Positions 57,701-64,000 of a stretch of 64,000 nt of DNA are shown here, piece after piece (position 1 is the stretch's first letter; the number at the start of each line of letters is the position of its first letter). A program made the position numbers and the translations under genes. The notes under the pieces are model-generated. The model was given only the letters and a program-made list of their open reading frames with translations. It was not told the origin of the DNA and ran no database searches. The stretch is from Eledone cirrhosa (lineage: Eukaryota): positions 1 through 64,000 of the forward strand of contig CAXHJY010001198.1 of assembly GCA_964016885.1 (NCBI GenBank), in the 5' to 3' direction.

Positions 57701-60700
57701 ACTCTACCAATTACTGTCAGTCTACTGCCCTAGACGTGTGTGACACTACCAATTACTGTCAATCCACCGCCCTAGACATGTGTGACACTCTACCAATTAC
57801 TGTCAATCCACTGCCCTAGACATGTGTGACACTCTACCAATTACTGTCAATCCACTGCCCTAGACATGTGTGACACTCTACCAATTACTGTCAGTCTACT
57901 GCCCTAGACATGTGTGACACTCTACCAATTACTGTCAATCCACTGCCGTAGACATGTGTGACACTCTACCAATTACTGTCAATCCACTGCCCTAGACATG
58001 TGTGACACTCTACCAATTACTGTCAATCCACTGCCCTAGACATGTGACACTCTACCAATTACTGTCAATCCACTGCCCTAGACATGTGTGACACTCTACC
58101 AATTACTGTCAATCCACTGCCCTAGACATGTGTGACACTCTACCAATTACTGTCAGTCCACTGCCCTAGACATGTGTGACACTCTACCAAGTACTGTCAA
58201 TCCACTGCCCTAGACATGTGTGACACTCTACCAATTACTGTCAATCCACTGCCCTAGACATGTGTGACACTCTACCAATTACTGTCAATCCACTGCCCTA
58301 GACATGTCTGACACTCTACCAATTACTGTCAACCCACTGCCCTAGACATGTGTGACACTCTACCAATTACTGTCAATCCACTGCCCTAGACATGTGTGAC
58401 ACTCTACCAATTACTGTCAATCCACTGCCCTAGACATGTCTGACACTCTACCAATTACTGTCAACCCACTGCCCTAGACATGTGTGACACTCTACCAATT
58501 ACTGTCAATCCACCGCCCTAGACATGTGTGACACTCTACCAATTACTGTCAATCCACTGCCCTAGACATGTGTGACACTCTACCAATTACTGTCAGTCTA
58601 CTGCCCTAGACATGTGTGACACTCTACCAATTACTGTCAATCCACTGCCCTAGACATGTGTGACACTCTACCAATTACTGTCAGTCCACTGCCCTAGATA
58701 TGTGTGACATTCTACCAATTACTGTCAATCCACTGCCTCAGACATTTGTGACACTCTACCAATTACTGTCAGTCCACTGCCCTAGATATGTGTGACACTC
58801 TACCAATTACTGTCAATCCACTGCCCTAGACATGTGTGACACTCTACCAATTACTGTCAATCCACCGCCCTAGACATGTGTGACACTCTACCAATTACTG
58901 TCAATCCACTGCCCTAGACATGTGTGACACTCTACCAATTACTGTCAACCCACCGCCCTAGACATGTGTGACACTCTACCAATTACTGTCAACCCACTGC
59001 CCTAGACATGTGTGACACTCTACCAATTACTGTCAATCCACCGCCCTAGACATCTGTGACACTCTACCAATTACTGTCAATCCACCGCCCTAGACATGTG
59101 TGACACTCTACCAATTACTGTCAACCCACTGCCCTAGACATGTGTGACACTCTACCAATTACTGTCAATCCACCGCCCTAGACATGTGTGACACTCTACC
59201 AATTACTGTCAACCCACCGCCCTAGACATGTGTGACACTCTACCAATTACTGTCAACCCACTGCCCTAGACATGTGTGACACTCTACCAATTACTGTCAA
59301 TCCACCGCCCTAGACATGTGACACTCTACCAATTACTGTCAATCCACTGCCCTAGACATGTGTGACACTCTACCAATTACTGTCAACCCACTGCCCTAGA
59401 CATGTGTGACACTCTACCAATTACTGTCAATCCACTGCCCTAGACATGTGTGACACTCTACCAATTACTGTCAGTCCACTGCCCTAGACATGTGTGACAC
59501 TCTACCAATTACTGTCAGTCCACTGCCCTAGACATGTGTGACACTCTACCAATTACTGTCAATCCACTGCCCTAGACATGTGTGACACTCTACCAATTAC
59601 TGTCAATCCACTGCCCTAGACATGTGTGACACTCTACCAATTACTGTCAATCCACTGCCCTAGACATGTGTGACACTCTACCAATTACTGTCAGTCCACT
59701 GCCCTAGCCATGTGTGACACTCTACCAATTACTGTCAATCCACTGCCCTAGACATGTGACACTCTACCAATTACTGTCAATCCACTGCCCTAGACATGTG
59801 TGACACTCTACCAATTACTGTCAGTCTACTGCCCTCGACATGTGTGACACTCTACCAATTACTGTCAGTCCACTGCCCTAGACATGTGTGACACTCTACC
59901 AATTACTGTCAATCCACTGCCCTAGACATGTGTGACACTCTACCAATTACTGTCACTCCACCGCCCTAGACATGTGTGACACTCTACCAATTACTGTCAA
60001 TCCACTGCCATAGACATGTGTGACACTCTACCAATTACTGTCAATCCACTGCCCTAGACATGTGTGACACTCTACCAATTACTGTCAATCCACTGCCCTA
60101 GACATGTGTGACACTCTACCAATTACTGTCAATCCACTGCCCTAGACATGTGTGACACTCTACCAATTACTGTCAATCCACTGCCCTAGACATGTGTGAC
60201 ACTCTACCAATTACTGTCAATCCACTGCCCTAGACATGTGTGACACTCTACCAATTACTGTCAGTCCACTGCCCTAGACATGTGTGACACTCTACCAAGT
60301 ACTGTCAATCCACTGCCCTAGACATGTGTGACACTCTACCAATTACTGTCAATCCACTGCCGTAGACATGTGTGACACTCTACCAATTACTGTCAGTCTA
60401 CTGCCCTAGACGTGTGTGACACTCTACCAATTACTGTCAATCCACCGCCCTAGACATGTGTGACACTCTACCAATTACTGTCAATCCACTGCCCTAGACA
60501 CGTGTGACACTCTACCAATTACTGTCAGTCTACTGCCCTAGACATGTGTGACACTCTACCAATTACTGTCAGTCCACTGCCCTAGACATGTGTGACACTC
60601 TACCAATTACTGTCAGTCTACTGCCCTAGACATGTGTGACACTCTACCAATTACTGTCAATCCACCGCCCTAGACATGTGTGACACTCTACCAATTACTG

Positions 60701-62059
60701 TCAATCCACTGCCCTAGACATGTGTGACACTCTACCAATTACTGTCAGTCCACTGCCCTAGACATGTGTGACACTCTACCAATTACTGTCAATCCACTGC
60801 CCTAGACATGTGTGACACTCTACCAATTACTGTCAATCCACCGCCCTAGACATGTGTGACACTCTACCAATTACTGTCAATCCACTGCCCTAGACATGTG
60901 TGACACTCTACCAATTACTGTCAGTCCACTGCCCTAGACATGTGTGACACTCTACCAATTACTGTCAATCCACTGCCCTAGACATGTGTGACACTCTACC
61001 AATTACTGTCAATCCACCGCCCTAGACATGTGTGACACTCTACCAATTACTGTCAATCCACTGCCCTAGACATGTGTGACACTCTACCAATTACTGTCAG
61101 TCCACTGCCCTAGACATGTGTGACACTCTACCAATTACTGTCAATCCACCGCCCTAGATATGTGTGACATTCTACCAATTACTGTCAATCCACTGCCTCA
61201 GACATTTGTGACACTCTACCAATTACTGTCAATCCACCGCCCTAGACATGTGTGACACTCTACCAATTACTGTCAATCCACTGCCCTAGACATGTGTGAC
61301 ACTCTACCAATTACTGTCAATCCACTGCCCTAGACATGTGTGACACTCTACCAATTTCTGTCAGTCCACTGCCCTAGACATGTGTGACACTCTACCAATT
61401 ACTGTCAATCCACTGCCCTAGACATGTGTGACACTCTACCAATTACTGTCAGTCCACTGCCCTAGACATGTGTGACACTCTACCAATTACTGTCAATCCA
61501 CCACCCTAGACATGTGTGACACTCTACCAATTACTGTCAATCCACTGCCCTAGACATGTGTGACACTCTACCAATTACTGTCAGTCCACTGCCCTAGACA
61601 TGTGTGACACTCTACCAATTACTGTCAATCCACCGCCCTAGACATGTGTGACACTCTACCAATTACTGTCAATCCACCACCCTAGACATGTGTGACACTC
61701 TACCAATTACTGTCAATCCACTGCCCTAGACATGTGTGACACTCTACCAATTACTGTCAGTCCACTGCCCTAGACATGTGTGACACTCTACCAATTACTG
61801 TCAATCCACCGCCCTAGACATGTGTGACACTCTACCAATTACTGTCAATCCACTGCCCTAGACATGTGTGACACTCTACCAATTACTGTCAATCCACTGC
61901 CCTAGACATGTGTGACACTCTACCAATTACTGTCAATCCACTGCCCTAGACATGTGTGACACTCTACCAATTACTGTCAATCCACTGCCCTAGACATGTG
62001 TGACACTCTACCAATTACTGTCAATCCACTGCCCTAGACATGTGTGACGCTCTACCAAT

Positions 62060-62640
62060 TACTGTCAGTCCACTGCCCTAGACATGTGTGACGCTCTACC
62101 AATTACTGTCAGTCCACTGCCCTAGATATGTGTGACACTCTACCAATTACTGTCAATCCACTGCCCTAGACATGTGTGACACTCTACCAATTACTGTCAA
62201 TCCACTGCCCTAGACATGTGTGACACTCTACCAATTACTGTCAATCCACTGCCCTAGACATGTGTGACACTCTACCAATTACTGTCAATCCACTGCCCTA
62301 GACATGTGTGACGCTCTACCAATTACTGTCAGTCCACTGCCCTAGATATGTGTGACACTCTACCAATTACTGTCAATCCACTGCCCTAGACATGTGTGAC
62401 ACTCTACCAATTACTGTCAATCCACTGCCCTAGACATGTGTGACACTCTACCAATTACTGTCAATCCACTGCCCTAGACATGTGTGACACTCTACCAATT
62501 ACTGTCAATCCACTGCCCTAGACATGTGTGACGCTCTACCAATTACTGTCAGTCCACTGCCCTAGATATGTGTGACACTCTACCAATTACTGTCAATCCA
62601 CTGCCCTAGACATGTGTGACACTCTACCAATTACTGTCAA
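62060..62640. repeat. 220-bp (5-monomer) higher-order repeat, about three copies
   Basis: gacgctc at 62090/62310/62530 and gatatg at 62125/62345/62565. Confidence 0.85.
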
Positions 62641-63019
62641 TCCACCGCCCTAGACATGTGTGACACTCTACCAATTACTGTCAACCCACCGCCCTAGACA
62701 TGTGTGACACTCTACCAATTACTGTCAACCCACTGCCCTAGACATGTGTGACACTCTACCAATTACTGTCAATCCACCGCCCTAGACATGTGACACTCTA
62801 CCAATTACTGTCAATCCACTGCCCTAGACATGTGTGACACTCTACCAATTACTGTCAACCCACTGCCCTAGACACGTGTGACACTCTACCAATTACTGTC
62901 AGTCCACTGCCCTAGACATGTGTGACACTCTACCAATTACTGTCAGTCCACCGCCCTAGACATGTGTGACACTCTACCAATTACTGTCAGTCCACTGCCC
63001 TAGACATGTGTGACACTCT

Positions 63020-63810
63020 ACCAATTACTGTCAGTCCACTGCCCTAGACATGTGTGACACTCTACCAATTACTGTCAATCCACTGCCCTAGACATGTGTG
63101 ACACTCTACCAATTACTGTCAATCCACTGCCCTAGACATGTGTGACACTCTACCAATTACTGTCAGTCCACTGCCCTAGACATGTGTGACACTCTACCAA
63201 TTACTGTCAGTCCACTGCCCTAGACATGTGTGACACTCTACCAATTACTGTCAATCCACCGCCCTAGACATGTGACACTCTACCAATTACTGTCAATCCA
63301 CTGCCCTAGACATGTGTGACACTCTACCAATTACTGTCAATCCACTGCCCTAGACATGTGTGACACTCTACCAATTACTGTCAGTCCACTGCCCTAGACA
63401 TGTGTGACACTCTACCAATTACTGTCAGTCCACTGCCCTAGACATGTGTGACACTCTACCAATTACTGTCAATCCACTGCCCTAGACATGTGTGACACTC
63501 TACCAATTACTGTCAGTCCACTGCCCTAGACATGTGTGACACTCTACCAATTACTGTCAGTCCACTGCCCTAGACATGTGTGACACTCTACCAATTACTG
63601 TCAATCCACCGCCCTAGACATGTGACACTCTACCAATTACTGTCAATCCACTGCCCTAGACATGTGTGACACTCTACCAATTACTGTCAATCCACTGCCC
63701 TAGACATGTGTGACACTCTACCAATTACTGTCAGTCCACTGCCCTAGACATGTGTGACACTCTACCAATTACTGTCAGTCCACTGCCCTAGACATGTGTG
63801 ACACTCTACC
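63020..63810. repeat. 350-bp (8-monomer) tandem duplication
   Basis: A T11C 42-mer recurs at about 63271/63621 with a matching order of A5/G5 units around it. Support rests on common variants only. Confidence 0.6.
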
Positions 63811-64000
63811 AATTACTGTCAGTCCACTGCCCTAGACATGTGACACTCTACCAATTACTGTCAGTCCACTGCCCTAGACATGTGTGACACTCTACCAATT
63901 ACTGTCAATCCACCGCCCTAGACATGTGACACTCTACCAATTACTGTCAATCCACTGCCCTAGACATGTGTGACACTCTATCAATTACTGTCAATCCACT

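Larger units (their letters stand above)
1..64000. repeat. Tandem satellite/minisatellite array of a 44-bp monomer (about 1,460 copies, head-to-tail, both ends open)
   Basis: Seen directly: positions 1-44 are followed by gtcaat again at 45 and the unit recurs to 64000 without interruption. Common variants are A5G (gtcagt), T11C (ccaccg), a 40-bp unit lacking ACTC (gactacc) and a 42-bp unit lacking TG (catgtgac). Confidence 0.99.
28600..64000. repeat. Array domain B: 42-bp monomers and a distinct substitution set
   Basis: Recurrent catgtgac 42-mers, agtctact, tcactccacc, gccgtag, gcctcagacattt, gatatgtgtgacattc, ccaagtact, gacacgtg, gacgctc, ccaccaccc and tagccatg. 40-mers are much rarer and mostly followed by ccacctccc. 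Confidence 0.85.

Noticed and set aside
1-64000. CRISPR array
   Set aside because: The units are directly adjacent with no unique spacers, leader or cas genes; variation is limited to point changes and small deletions.
1-64000. Giant repetitive coding exon (mucin-like or zinc-finger array)
   Set aside because: 44 is not a multiple of 3 and stops occur on both strands (TAG and TGA on +; TAG, TAA and TGA on -). The ORF track shows no long frame.
1-64000. Tandem tRNA, 5S, snRNA or other structured RNA gene array
   Set aside because: The unit is too short, has no recognisable A/B boxes or cloverleaf, and offers only 5-bp inverted repeats.
1-64000. Canonical telomerase-made telomere or G-quadruplex array
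   Set aside because: No TTAGGG, TTAGG or TTTAGGG tandem motif. The minus strand has only one GGG (CTAGGG) per 44 bp, and the variants are inherited in kb-scale blocks.
1-64000. Variant order as a deliberate information code or synthetic construct
   Set aside because: The patterns are adequately explained by nested duplication, slippage and point mutation.
1-64000. p53 response-element array
   Set aside because: Consensus AGACATGTGT is an imperfect single half-site, the perfect AGACATGTCT form is rare, and no paired half-sites occur.
1-64000. Inversion or transposon insertion within the array
   Set aside because: I saw no reverse-complement monomer (AGTAATTGGTAGAGTGTCAC...) and no foreign segment longer than about 11 bp.

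Overview
The whole 64-kb window is one uninterrupted, single-orientation tandem array of a 44-bp monomer, consensus GTCAATCCACTGCCCTAGACATGTGTGACACTCTACCAATTACT (about 1,460 copies by length; C14/G6/A12/T12; no CpG). It runs off both ends. I see no unique sequence, gene, RNA gene, transposon, inversion or CRISPR spacer, and the single ORF is a by-product of five 42-bp monomers. I cannot assign the repeat to a named family or organism; it looks like eukaryotic satellite/minisatellite DNA. The information lies in the variant monomers. They define two domains with different variant vocabularies (boundary about 28.6-28.8 kb) and nested duplications with offsets of 132, 220, 340, 350, 392, 1128, 1339, 2932, about 3400, 5788, 6502, 9384 and about 24,640 bp. 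The first 5.2 kb carries indels that look like consensus/assembly errors. Offsets were counted by eye from rare marker variants; segment end points are approximate. The sequence does not demonstrate a new biological system. Telomeric, centromeric and factor-binding roles are offered only as testable hypotheses.
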